From positions 1-59,782 of the forward strand of contig JARGGI010000004.1 in assembly GCA_029210775.1 (NCBI GenBank): a stretch of DNA of 59,782 nt. The letters are read 5' to 3'. Positions 47,993 through 56,467 of the stretch are shown one piece after another. Each line of letters starts with the position of its first letter. Position 1 is the stretch's first letter. The DNA comes from Patescibacteria group bacterium. Its GTDB lineage: Bacteria; Patescibacteriota; Minisyncoccia; JAHIHE01; JAGLIN01. A program made the translations under genes and the position numbers. The notes beneath the pieces are model-generated. The model did no database searches and had not been told where the DNA came from. It saw only the letters and a list, made by a program, of their open reading frames with translations.

Positions 47993-48021
47993 ACTATATA
48001 CCTAAATCCAAAACTTGTCAA
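47993..48021 (-). promoter_or_regulatory. Near-consensus sigma70 promoter TTGACA-17-TATAGT (minus strand)
   Basis: Minus strand has TTGACA (48021-48016), a 17-nt spacer and TATAGT (47998-47993). Predicts a ~120-nt leader for ORF 46960-47865. Confidence 0.55.
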
Positions 48022-48257
48022 TCCTTGATTTTATTGCTTAAATGTAATAAAATAGACAGGTGATTGAATAGGAATTAGGAGTAAGTAATAAATATTATCA
48101 TCCTGAATTTAATTCAGGATATTCTGTCTATTACATTTATACTTGTGAAATAAATAGCAAATAAAACCTATAATTAAATAGATTCAATAACAAGTTTAGA
48201 ATGATAGTTTACGATGTGTTTTGTAGTCAAATGAACATATGACAACCTATTAATATA

Positions 48258-48378
48258 CTTTGAATTACGAAATTCAATATACTTGTCACCCTGAGCTTGT
48301 CGAAGGGTGGAATGGAGTCAAATTTATCATAGTTCGACAAGCTCACTATGACAAATTTAGCTATTTCGTAATTCAAAG
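48258..48378. mobile_element. MITE-like element (121 bp), TTTGAATTACGAAAT family, subfamily A
   Basis: TIRs CTTTGAATTACGAAAT ... ATTTCGTAATTCAAAG. Interior has two inverted hairpin modules (TGTCACCCTGAGCTTGTCGAAGGGTGG and, on the reverse strand, TGTCATAGTGAGCTTGTCGAACTATGA). Flanked by the direct repeat AATATA (48252-48257, 48379-48384). Confidence 0.8.
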
Positions 48379-48413
48379 AATATATCAATTTATCAATTTA
48401 ACAATATAATAGA

Positions 48414-51014
48414 ATGAATATATTTCCTCAGAAAATTCAAAGCAAATTTACAACTCACTTAAAAAATGTGATAAAAAACGCCGAGAATATCTCGCGTGAA
48501 TTTAGTCATGATTCAATTAGAACAGAACACATTATTTTTGGTATTATTTCTCAAAAAGGAAGTATAGGATCAAATATGCTTGGGAGCGGAAAGTTTGATT
48601 TGAAGAATTTACACAAAATTATTGATGGTTTGCCAAAGACAAAAAAATGGAAGCCTAAATTGTCAGAAGAAACGAAAAATATTTTTAAAAAAGCTGTTCT
48701 TGTTGCTGGAAGATATAAACATTCTTATATTGGAACAGAGCATCTTCTTTATGGTCTTGTTTCAAGCACTGATTCAAAATTTGAAGAAATTCTTTTATCA
48801 GCAGGAATAAACTCAAAAAAGCTCAAAGATCAACTAAAGGCTGTTTTGGAAAGCTCTTCAAGATTTTCCGAAATTGTTGATATTTTTGATTTATCTTCAA
48901 AAATGCAAAAGAACAATTTTTCAAGTCAAATAAACCCAAATCAAAATAATGGACTTATTGTTGAAATGCCCGTTTCACCAATGGTATCTGGACCGAAACA
49001 ATCAGTTTTGGAATATTTTTGTACAGACCTGGCAATGGAATTCAAAGATGGAGATATTGATCCAGTGATTGGTAGAAAAAAGGAAATTGAAAAGGTTATA
49101 AATATTCTCAGTCGAAAGACAAAGAATAATCCGATTTTGGTGGGGGAACCTGGAGTTGGGAAAACTGCAATCGTGCAAGGTCTTGCCCAGAGAATATCTA
49201 AAGGAGATGTTCCGATGGAGTTAATTAATAAAAAGATTTATTCATTGGATCTTGGACTTTTGATTGCAGGAGCAGTTTTTCGTGGTGAATTTGAGGCAAG
49301 ATTAAAAGATGTGATTAGTGAAGCGCAATCAAATCCAGACATTATTTTGTTTATTGATGAGATTCATACGATAATTGGAGCTGGAAGTTCAAGCGGGTCT
49401 GGCAGTTTGGATGCTGCTAATATTCTCAAACCCTCTTTATCTCAAGGACAACTTTCATGCATTGGCGCAACAACAATTGATGAATATCGAAAACAATTCA
49501 AAAAAGATGCGGCGTTGGAAAGAAGATTTCAGATGGTTCTTGTTGAAGAACCAAGTGTTGGAGATACAAAAAAAATGCTAATGGGATTGAAGCATATTTA
49601 TGAGAAACATCATAATTTGAAAATTGAGGATGAAGCAATTATCGCAGCAGTTAATTTGAGCCAAAGGTTTATTAATGACAGATTTCTTCCTGATAAAGCA
49701 TTTGATATAATTGATGAAACGGCATCTTTTGTTCGTGGAAAACATTCTGGAAAGAATTATTTCAAACAAATCAAAAAATTTGAAGAAAGAAAAAGGGGAT
49801 TGCAAATTGAAAAAGAAAAAGCGATTGAAAATGAGAAATATGACGAAGCGTTAATTATTAAAAAAGAAGAAAAAAGAGTAGAAAATTGTATAAAGGAACT
49901 TATAAAGGTGCAAGAAGAAGAAAGTTCTTTAAGAATCAAAGAATCAGTTAGCAGAGATGATGTTTCGGAAGTTATTACACAAATAACGGGTATTCCTGTA
50001 AAAAAACTTATTTCTGGAGAAAGAAAGAAACTTGAAAATTTGGAAAAGAAACTTGAAAAATATGTTATTGGACAAAAAGAAGCGATTGAAGCAATTTCAA
50101 AAGCAATCCGAAGAAGTCGCCTTGGAATTTCTGATGTCAAAAGACCTCTTGGAGTGTTTCTGTTTATGGGTCCAACTGGAGTCGGAAAAACACAACTCGC
50201 AAAAACTTTGGCAGATGTTGTATATGAAAGAGATGATGCTTTGATCAAGGTTGATATGAGTGAGTTTATGGAAAAGCACAATGTTTCTCGGCTTGTTGGC
50301 GCTCCGGCTGGCTATATTGGATATGAAGAAGGTGGAAAATTAACTGAGCAAATCAAGTTACATCCCTATTCGGTTATTCTTTTTGATGAAATTGAAAAAG
50401 CTCATCCTGATGTTTTTAACATTTTGCTTCAGATTTTTGAGGACGGAGAATTGACGGATGCTGCTGGAAGAAAGGTTGATTTTAAAAATACAACGATTAT
50501 AATGACTTCAAATATTGGAACAGAGCAACTTACAGAATATTCAAATTTAGGTTTTTCAGAGCAAGAAAAAATTGATGATAATGAAAAGAAGAACAGAATG
50601 AGAAATAAATATATACAAACCAAAGAGGTTGTTATTAAGGAATTTAAAGAAGAATTTAGTCCTGAGTTTATAAATCGAATTGATAGAATTTTGGTTTTTA
50701 ATCCGTTGGATTTAATAGATATCAAGTCAATTGCAAAAATTCAGATTGATGAATTAAAGAAAAGACTCTTAGATAGTAATGGGGTAAAAATTAATGTAGA
50801 TAGGAAAGTTTTTGATTATCTGGCAAAGAAAAGCTTTAATCCAAATGAAGGAGCAAGGTTACTTAGAAGGAATATTCAAGAAATGATTGAGGATTTAATT
50901 TCAGACAAACTTGTTAGTGGTGAAGTTGAAAGCGGGGATTGTATAAAATTAGAAATTGAAAAAGAAAAAATTATTTCAAAGACAACGAAGAAAAAAAGCG
51001 CTAAGAAAAAATAA
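48414..51014 (+). CDS. clpC: ATP-dependent Clp protease ATP-binding subunit ClpC-type (class I AAA+)
   Basis: Two Clp_N repeats, NBD1 Walker A GEPGVGKT, short UVR-like middle motif (EKYDEALIIKKEE), NBD2 GPTGVGKT, C-terminal D2-small domain. Confidence 0.85.
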   Translation: MNIFPQKIQSKFTTHLKNVIKNAENISREFSHDSIRTEHIIFGIISQKGSIGSNMLGSGKFDLKNLHKIIDGLPKTKKWKPKLSEETKNIFKKAVLVAGRYKHSYIGTEHLLYGLVSSTDSKFEEILLSAGINSKKLKDQLKAVLESSSRFSEIVDIFDLSSKMQKNNFSSQINPNQNNGLIVEMPVSPMVSGPKQSVLEYFCTDLAMEFKDGDIDPVIGRKKEIEKVINILSRKTKNNPILVGEPGVGKTAIVQGLAQRISKGDVPMELINKKIYSLDLGLLIAGAVFRGEFEARLKDVISEAQSNPDIILFIDEIHTIIGAGSSSGSGSLDAANILKPSLSQGQLSCIGATTIDEYRKQFKKDAALERRFQMVLVEEPSVGDTKKMLMGLKHIYEKHHNLKIEDEAIIAAVNLSQRFINDRFLPDKAFDIIDETASFVRGKHSGKNYFKQIKKFEERKRGLQIEKEKAIENEKYDEALIIKKEEKRVENCIKELIKVQEEESSLRIKESVSRDDVSEVITQITGIPVKKLISGERKKLENLEKKLEKYVIGQKEAIEAISKAIRRSRLGISDVKRPLGVFLFMGPTGVGKTQLAKTLADVVYERDDALIKVDMSEFMEKHNVSRLVGAPAGYIGYEEGGKLTEQIKLHPYSVILFDEIEKAHPDVFNILLQIFEDGELTDAAGRKVDFKNTTIIMTSNIGTEQLTEYSNLGFSEQEKIDDNEKKNRMRNKYIQTKEVVIKEFKEEFSPEFINRIDRILVFNPLDLIDIKSIAKIQIDELKKRLLDSNGVKINVDRKVFDYLAKKSFNPNEGARLLRRNIQEMIEDLISDKLVSGEVESGDCIKLEIEKEKIISKTTKKKSAKKK

Positions 51015-51024
51015 TATTTTCTAT

Positions 51025-51067
51025 AAAAAACAAGTTAGATATTTACTCTTGCCTAACTTGTTTTTTT
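51025..51067 (+). terminator. Intrinsic terminator after clpC
   Basis: CAAGTTAG (51031-51038), 14-nt loop, CTAACTTG (51053-51060), then TTTTTTT. Confidence 0.7.
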
Positions 51068-51096
51068 GGTGTATAAAAATAATAAGAGATGATTTT

Positions 51097-51207
51097 ATGA
51101 GATTAAAAGAATTTTGGAACAGAGTCAGGGAATTTTGGATTGAGTGGACGAAATGGAATCGAGAACAACAAGCTCAATATTTCTATACTGAAAATATCAA
51201 GAGATAA
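51097..51207 (+). CDS. Possible 36-aa Trp-rich small ORF (speculative)
   Basis: MRLKEFWNRVREFWIEWTKWNREQQAQYFYTENIKR. Weak SD (AAGAG). Sits between two terminator-like hairpins. Confidence 0.25.
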   Translation: MRLKEFWNRVREFWIEWTKWNREQQAQYFYTENIKR

Positions 51208-51227
51208 AAAAATTAAAAAATAAAATC

Positions 51228-51256
51228 GGGCTAAAAACAAAAGCCCATTTTTTTTC
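51228..51256 (+). terminator. Short terminator-like hairpin GGGCT-9 nt-AGCCC + T8, just upstream of comFC
   Basis: 5-bp GC stem followed by ATTTTTTTT. Ends 9 nt before the ATG at 51265. Confidence 0.45.
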
Positions 51257-51264
51257 TGACATTT

Positions 51265-52074
51265 ATGAAAAATTTAGAAAAAATTATAAATTTAATTCTC
51301 GACATTATTTTTCCAATTCAATGTCTTGGATGCAACGCGGAATTCGAGAATTTAAAATCAAAAGAAAGATGGATTTGCTTTAAATGTTTGGAAAAAATCA
51401 AAACAAGAAGAGAACAAGTTTGTCCAGTATGCGAACAGTTCAGTGATGGCGGAAAAACGCATCAGAGGTGTGCTAAAAAAACATTTCTTGATGGTCTTTG
51501 GGTCGCAACAGAATATAAATATGAAATTGTAAGTTCCGCAATTGGAAAGTTTAAATTTAATTTTATAAGAGATATTTCTTTTCCTCTCTCAAGAATTTTA
51601 ATTAAAAGCATTTTAGATGTTGAAGAATTTGGTGATTTTCAAGATTTAATTATGACAAACTATTCACAAAAAAGTGATGAAGATGAAATCTATGTTCAAA
51701 AAGAAAAAAATATAAAAGCGGAAACAATTATCATTCCAGTCCCGCTTCATAAAAAGAGATATAACTGGCGTGGTTTTAATCAGGCTTTTTTGTTATCTGT
51801 TTATATCGCTGATAAATTTGATTTGGATATTTGTGAAAATCTATTGACGCGTAGCAAAAACACAAGACCTCAGAGTAAAATTAAGTCTATAGAAGAAAGA
51901 GAAAATAATATAAAAAACGCATTTATATGTTTGAATAAAGATTTAATAATGAGTAAAAATATTATTTTAATTGATGATGTTTGCACGACTTTGGCAACAC
52001 TTGCAGAATGTGCTAAAGAACTTAAAAAATGCGGAGCAAGAAATGTTTGGGGGTTGGTTGTGGCAAGAAGATAG
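51265..52074 (+). CDS. comFC: ComF family protein (ComFC-like; zinc ribbon + phosphoribosyltransferase fold)
   Basis: N-terminal CxxC pairs (CLGC...CFKC...CPVC...HQRC). C-terminal PRTase motif IILIDDVCTTLATL. Confidence 0.8.
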   Translation: MKNLEKIINLILDIIFPIQCLGCNAEFENLKSKERWICFKCLEKIKTRREQVCPVCEQFSDGGKTHQRCAKKTFLDGLWVATEYKYEIVSSAIGKFKFNFIRDISFPLSRILIKSILDVEEFGDFQDLIMTNYSQKSDEDEIYVQKEKNIKAETIIIPVPLHKKRYNWRGFNQAFLLSVYIADKFDLDICENLLTRSKNTRPQSKIKSIEERENNIKNAFICLNKDLIMSKNIILIDDVCTTLATLAECAKELKKCGARNVWGLVVARR

Positions 52075-52077
52075 CTA

Positions 52078-52106
52078 TTGAAACATATGAAAATATGTGC
52101 TATAAT
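52078..52106 (+). promoter_or_regulatory. Near-consensus promoter TTGAAA-17-TGcTATAAT
   Basis: -35 at 52078-52083, 17-nt spacer, TG at 52098-52099, TATAAT at 52101-52106. Confidence 0.5.
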
Positions 52107-52114
52107 ATAACAGT

Positions 52115-52140
52115 AAAAGGGTGATTTTTAACCCTTTTTT
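52115..52140 (+). terminator. Terminator-like hairpin AAAAGGGT-8 nt-ACCCTTTT + T-run
   Basis: Either the comFC terminator or a leader attenuator for the downstream gene. It lies after the promoter-like site and 19 nt before the ATG at 52159. Confidence 0.45.
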
Positions 52141-52158
52141 ATTATAAAAAATATTTTG

Positions 52159-53118
52159 ATGTCTAAAAAAAATCACAGAGAGATAAATTTTCCTTTTTCA
52201 ACTGATAGTAAGAGTATTTTGTATGTTATGAAAACATTTTATCTTTCATTATACTTGACGGTTGTGCTGATTTTTTTGTTATTGGTTATTGTTTTTGTGC
52301 CTGCTGGAATGAGAGGCTATTCAAATATCTATACGGTTGATGCTAAAATTGAAGGGGATAATGAAATTAATATACACTCAGATATTAAACTGGTTTTTAA
52401 TCAGCCAGTTGTTTTTTTTAAACCAGAGAATATTAAAATCATACCTGAAACTGAAACTGAATTTGAAATTTCAAAAGATGGCGAAATTATAACGCTAAAA
52501 CACAGTTCTTTTATTCCCGAAACAAGATATAAAATTGTTTTAACTGATATAAGGGGTATGAGTGGTTTATTTTTGAAAAACAGGGAACTTATTTTTTACA
52601 CAAAATCATCTGAAAACAAAGGTTCTTTTGAATTTATAATTAACGATCAAGAAGGTGATTATTTTAGAAAGTTTGAATTATCAAGAAATAAATATATGGT
52701 TCCAGAAATTTCAAGGCCGAAAAAGGAATCGGGGATTGTTCCAAAATTCACTGAAGGAAAATATATAGACATTAGCATTTCAAATCAAGTAATGACTATA
52801 TTTGAAGATGAGATAAAGGTTAATGAATTTTTAATATCAAGCGGAAAATATGGTATGCCAACTCCTCTGGGGACATTTTCTGTAAAGAAGAAGGAAATTA
52901 ACCATTGGTCCGCATCATATGGATTATGGATGCCATATAGTATGAATTTTTATGGTCCATATTATATTCACGAGCTTCCTTATTGGCCAAGTGGATATCG
53001 GGAAGGTGAAAATCATTTAGGAATTCGTGTTTCTCATGGGTGTATTCGACTTGGCGTTGGCGTTGCAAAATATGTTTTTGAATGGTCTGAGATTGGAACC
53101 CCGATTTATATCCATTAA
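52159..53118 (+). CDS. L,D-transpeptidase (YkuD fold) with N-terminal TM and Ig-like domain
   Basis: Catalytic motif SHGCIRL near the C-terminus. TM at residues ~30-50. ATG at 52159 is preferred over the TTG at 52156. Confidence 0.8.
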   Translation: MSKKNHREINFPFSTDSKSILYVMKTFYLSLYLTVVLIFLLLVIVFVPAGMRGYSNIYTVDAKIEGDNEINIHSDIKLVFNQPVVFFKPENIKIIPETETEFEISKDGEIITLKHSSFIPETRYKIVLTDIRGMSGLFLKNRELIFYTKSSENKGSFEFIINDQEGDYFRKFELSRNKYMVPEISRPKKESGIVPKFTEGKYIDISISNQVMTIFEDEIKVNEFLISSGKYGMPTPLGTFSVKKKEINHWSASYGLWMPYSMNFYGPYYIHELPYWPSGYREGENHLGIRVSHGCIRLGVGVAKYVFEWSEIGTPIYIH

Positions 53119-53166
53119 AAAAATACTAACCATGAATGTCAGTATTATTAAAAAAGTCTAATATAA

Positions 53167-53286
53167 TTTGAATTACGAAATAGCTAATTTGTCATAGTGA
53201 GCTTGTCAAACTATGGTAAAAGTTTAGAGTGTTTTTCATCTTTTGATAAGCACAGGATGATAAGTATATTGAATTTCGTAATTCAA
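53167..53286. mobile_element. MITE-like element (~120 bp), subfamily A, inverted orientation relative to 48258-48378
   Basis: The reverse complement aligns end to end with 48258-48378. The hairpin module differs by paired changes (TCACCCTGAGCTTGTCGAAGGGTGG versus TCATCCTGTGCTTATCAAAAGATGA). Confidence 0.75.
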
Positions 53287-53297
53287 TATAATATATA

Positions 53298-54260
53298 TTA
53301 TTTTTTTTCTTTAATCTTGTTTAACAGCTTTTTAACTTTTTCTATACTTTTATCATCACAAATTGAAACAGGCAAAACATTGGGGTTGATTTTTTTTAAC
53401 TCCTTTATTTTTTTCTTAACTTCATTTTCGGAGATTAAATCTGTTTTTGTAAGAAAAATATACTCTTCTTTTTTTGACAGTCCAACTTCATAACTTTTTA
53501 ATTCATTTTTGATTATTTTGTAATCTCGGGTTAAGTCGGTTGATTCCGTTGATAAGCAGTGAATTAATGTTTTGGTTCTTTTAATATGTCTTAGAAATTT
53601 AATGCCAAGTCCTTTTCCAAGAGAAGCACCTTCAATGAGTCCTGGAATGTCTGCTATAATTAACCCATAATAATCTCCAAGATTTGGTTCAAGGGTTGTG
53701 AAATGATAGGCAGCTGTTTTTGCCTTTGCTTTTGTAAGTGCATTTAGAAGACTTGATTTTCCTGCGCTTGGAAGTCCGATAAATCCAACATCTGCAATCA
53801 TTTGAAGTTCTAAAATAAAATTATAGTGTTGTCCTTTCGTGCCTTTTTCGAACTCTTTTGGAGTTGTGTTTGTTGATGATCTAAAATGCCAATTACCCCG
53901 TCCTCTTTTACCGCCCCTTGCAATCATAATTTTTTCTCCAGGCTTTGTAATTTCAATATCTTTGTTTGTATCAAGATTATGTGCAACGGTTCCAATAGGT
54001 ACGATTAAAATTAAATCTTTACCCTTTGCTCCTTCAAGAAGCTTATTTTTTCCGTCAACACCATCTTCTGCAAAAAATTCCTTTTTAAATCTGAACTTAT
54101 TCAGAGCTGTAAGATTAGATGTTCCTTCAAGAAATACACTGCCTCCATTACCACCATCTCCTCCCGTAGGTCCTCTTTCGTATTTATTTTTATTAAAAGC
54201 AACAATACCATCCCCACCTTTTCCGCCTGCAACTTTAATTTGTATTTCATCTACTATCAT
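53298..54260 (-). CDS. obg: GTPase Obg/CgtA (short form)
   Basis: Gly-rich Obg fold (GGKGGDG...GGDGGNGG). G1 GLPSAGKSS, G3 DIPGLIEGA, G4 TKTD. Confidence 0.9.
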   Translation of the reverse strand: MIVDEIQIKVAGGKGGDGIVAFNKNKYERGPTGGDGGNGGSVFLEGTSNLTALNKFRFKKEFFAEDGVDGKNKLLEGAKGKDLILIVPIGTVAHNLDTNKDIEITKPGEKIMIARGGKRGRGNWHFRSSTNTTPKEFEKGTKGQHYNFILELQMIADVGFIGLPSAGKSSLLNALTKAKAKTAAYHFTTLEPNLGDYYGLIIADIPGLIEGASLGKGLGIKFLRHIKRTKTLIHCLSTESTDLTRDYKIIKNELKSYEVGLSKKEEYIFLTKTDLISENEVKKKIKELKKINPNVLPVSICDDKSIEKVKKLLNKIKEKK

Positions 54261-54261
54261 A

Positions 54262-55167
54262 TTATTTTTCTTTTGCTAAATAATTAAATGCGCTTATGGC
54301 AGCAATTGCTCCTGCGCCAGAAGCAATGATTATTTGTTTATAGGGAACATTTGTACAATCACCCGAGGCAAAAATTCCTTTTTTACTTGTTCTTCCAAAA
54401 GAGTCAATCTCAATTTCTTCGTTAGAATTGAGTTTCAATAGATTTTGCAAGAAGCTTGTGTTTGGTTTATATCCGATTTCCACAAATACTCCTTGAACTT
54501 TAATCTGTTTTGTTTTGTTGTATTGCTGTAATTTAAGTGATTCAACAAATCTGTCTCCATCTATTTCCTTCACTTGAGCGTTATAAAGAATTTCAATTTT
54601 ATCGTTTTTTGATAATTTATCTGAAAGAATCTTGTCACCGCTAAAACTTTCATCTTTATTTATCATATAGACTCTACTTGCAATTGTCGATAGTTGAAGA
54701 CTAGATTCAAGCGCAGAGTTTCCGCCTCCGATTACTGCAACATTTTTTCCCCTAAATAGGGGAGCGTCGCATGTTGCACAATATGTTACACCTTTATTTT
54801 TGAATTCTTTTTCTCCTGGTATATTAAGTTCTTTTGCTCTTGCCCCTGTTGCGATTATAACAGTTTTGCTTGAAATATTTTCAGAATCGGTTTGAATTTC
54901 AAAAAGATCGTCTGATTTTTTTATGTTTGTGATTTCAGTTTGTTTAAAATCAAAATTAAACTTGTTTAAATGGTCATTAAATTTTTTGGAAAGTTCTGTG
55001 CCAGTTATTTCTTGATATCCTATATAGTTTTCAATAATCGACACTTTTGAAACTTGACCTCCTATATCTTTTGAAATCACCATGACTTTCATTCCTTTTC
55101 TCGCGGCATAAATAGTAGCATTAATTCCCGCAGGACCCGCCCCAATTATTGTTGTGTCATAAATCAT
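54262..55167 (-). CDS. trxB: Thioredoxin-disulfide reductase
   Basis: FAD motif GAGPAG, redox-active CATCD, NADPH motif GGGNSA, C-terminal GDC. Confidence 0.9.
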   Translation of the reverse strand: MIYDTTIIGAGPAGINATIYAARKGMKVMVISKDIGGQVSKVSIIENYIGYQEITGTELSKKFNDHLNKFNFDFKQTEITNIKKSDDLFEIQTDSENISSKTVIIATGARAKELNIPGEKEFKNKGVTYCATCDAPLFRGKNVAVIGGGNSALESSLQLSTIASRVYMINKDESFSGDKILSDKLSKNDKIEILYNAQVKEIDGDRFVESLKLQQYNKTKQIKVQGVFVEIGYKPNTSFLQNLLKLNSNEEIEIDSFGRTSKKGIFASGDCTNVPYKQIIIASGAGAIAAISAFNYLAKEK

Positions 55168-55176
55168 AAAATTAAA

Positions 55177-55413
55177 TTATTTGATATTTAATTTATTTAT
55201 TATTTTCACTTTATCAAATCCCAATATGATTTCACCATCTTCAAATTCTAAAATTGGAACTTGCATTTGTCCGCTTTTTTCTACAATTTGCACTGCCGAT
55301 TTATGGTCTTTGCTTACATCGATTTCTTCAAATTCAATCTTTTGTTCATGGAGAAAATTTTTAAGATTTCGGCAAGACGGACATGTGGGTGTTGTATAAA
55401 CTTTAATTTTCAT
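55177..55413 (-). CDS. Glutaredoxin-like small redox protein (NrdH/YruB type)
   Basis: 78 aa, active site TCPSC at the N-terminus, thioredoxin fold length. Confidence 0.75.
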   Translation of the reverse strand: MKIKVYTTPTCPSCRNLKNFLHEQKIEFEEIDVSKDHKSAVQIVEKSGQMQVPILEFEDGEIILGFDKVKIINKLNIK

Positions 55414-55431
55414 TGTTTTTGTTTTAAAAAA

Positions 55432-56250
55432 TTATCTTTGACAATTTTTACAAAATCTTGTCATTCTTCCTGCAATTTTCAGTTTAGTGATTGAATAATT
55501 ATTGCAATTAGCACATCTTTCCCTTTCTTTTTTATATACCTTTAAATGTTTTGTAAAATTTCCCATTTTTCCATTTGCATCAACATAATCACTGAAAGAT
55601 GTCCCGCGATGTTTGATTGCAAGGTCTAAGATCTTTCTGATTGAGTTGAACAGTCTTAGGACTTCTTTGGGATTTAAAGCGTTAGTTTTTCTGTAGGGTT
55701 TTAATTTTGCATCAAAACATATTTCATCAGCATAGATATTACCGATTCCTGAGATGATATTTTGGTTAAGCAGTACAGATTTTAAAGATGATTTCTTTGA
55801 TTTCAGTATAGTATTTAAAAACTCATATGTAAAACCTTTGTCTGTTGGATCAATTCCTAATTTATCAAAAATTAATTCTTTATCTTTTTTATTTACAATT
55901 TGTAAATATCCAAATCTGCGGATGTCATTGAAATATAATTTTGAATGATCTTTAAAATGTATGATGACTCTTGTATGTTTATTCTGAATGTCTTTTTTGG
56001 AATATATCAGTTGTCCAGTCATTCGAAGGTGGATAATTAAAAAGTTGTGATCTTTCTTAAACTCAAATGCCAGATATTTTCCCTTCCTTTCAATGTTTTT
56101 GATTTGATTGAATCTTAATATGTTTTTGAAAGTTTGAACTGAATTTTTTACAGAATTATTTTTCAAAACCTGAACAGATGTTATTGTTTTTCTGATAACA
56201 TTATTTTCTAAATCTCTTTTGATTGTTTCGACTTCCGGGAGTTCTGGCAT
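55432..56250 (-). CDS. mutM: Formamidopyrimidine-DNA glycosylase (Fpg/MutM)
   Basis: True start MPELPEVETI at 56250; the ORF track start at 56301 runs into the MITE. C-terminal zinc finger CANC...CKNC. Confidence 0.85.
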   Translation of the reverse strand: MPELPEVETIKRDLENNVIRKTITSVQVLKNNSVKNSVQTFKNILRFNQIKNIERKGKYLAFEFKKDHNFLIIHLRMTGQLIYSKKDIQNKHTRVIIHFKDHSKLYFNDIRRFGYLQIVNKKDKELIFDKLGIDPTDKGFTYEFLNTILKSKKSSLKSVLLNQNIISGIGNIYADEICFDAKLKPYRKTNALNPKEVLRLFNSIRKILDLAIKHRGTSFSDYVDANGKMGNFTKHLKVYKKERERCANCNNYSITKLKIAGRMTRFCKNCQR

Positions 56251-56281
56251 ATTTATAATGTTTAAAATAATAACATTATTA

Positions 56282-56434
56282 ATTTGAATTACGAAATGCA
56301 AATCTTTGTGTCATTTTGAGCTTTAAGCGAGGAATCCCTTCAATATTATTATCGCAGTTTACATTGTTTAAGGGATTTCTTAATCGCTATCGCTCATTTC
56401 GAAATGACAAAAGGAGGCATTTCGTAATTCAAAG
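56282..56434. mobile_element. MITE-like element (153 bp), subfamily B, near-identical to 35102-35254
   Basis: 8 differences, all in the left ~50 nt. The right ~100 nt are identical. Flanked by the direct repeat ATTATTA (56275-56281 and 56435-56441). Confidence 0.85.
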
Positions 56435-56467
56435 ATTATTATACAATTATTTCTGCGTTTTTGCTTA

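Noticed and set aside
50956-51207. 83-aa ORF overlapping the clpC 3' end
   Set aside because: The first 47 codons overlap clpC and cross its terminator. Only the last 36 codons (51097-51207) were kept, as a low-confidence small ORF.
53197-53493. 98-aa ORF on the + strand
   Set aside because: It starts inside the MITE at 53167-53286 and then runs antisense to the obg 3' end. Low-complexity F/S/I composition typical of antisense AT-rich frames.
53839-54279. 146-aa Pro-rich ORF on the + strand
   Set aside because: It is antisense to the Gly-rich Obg fold region; Gly codons GGN read as Pro CCN on the other strand. Obg motifs make the minus-strand reading unambiguous.
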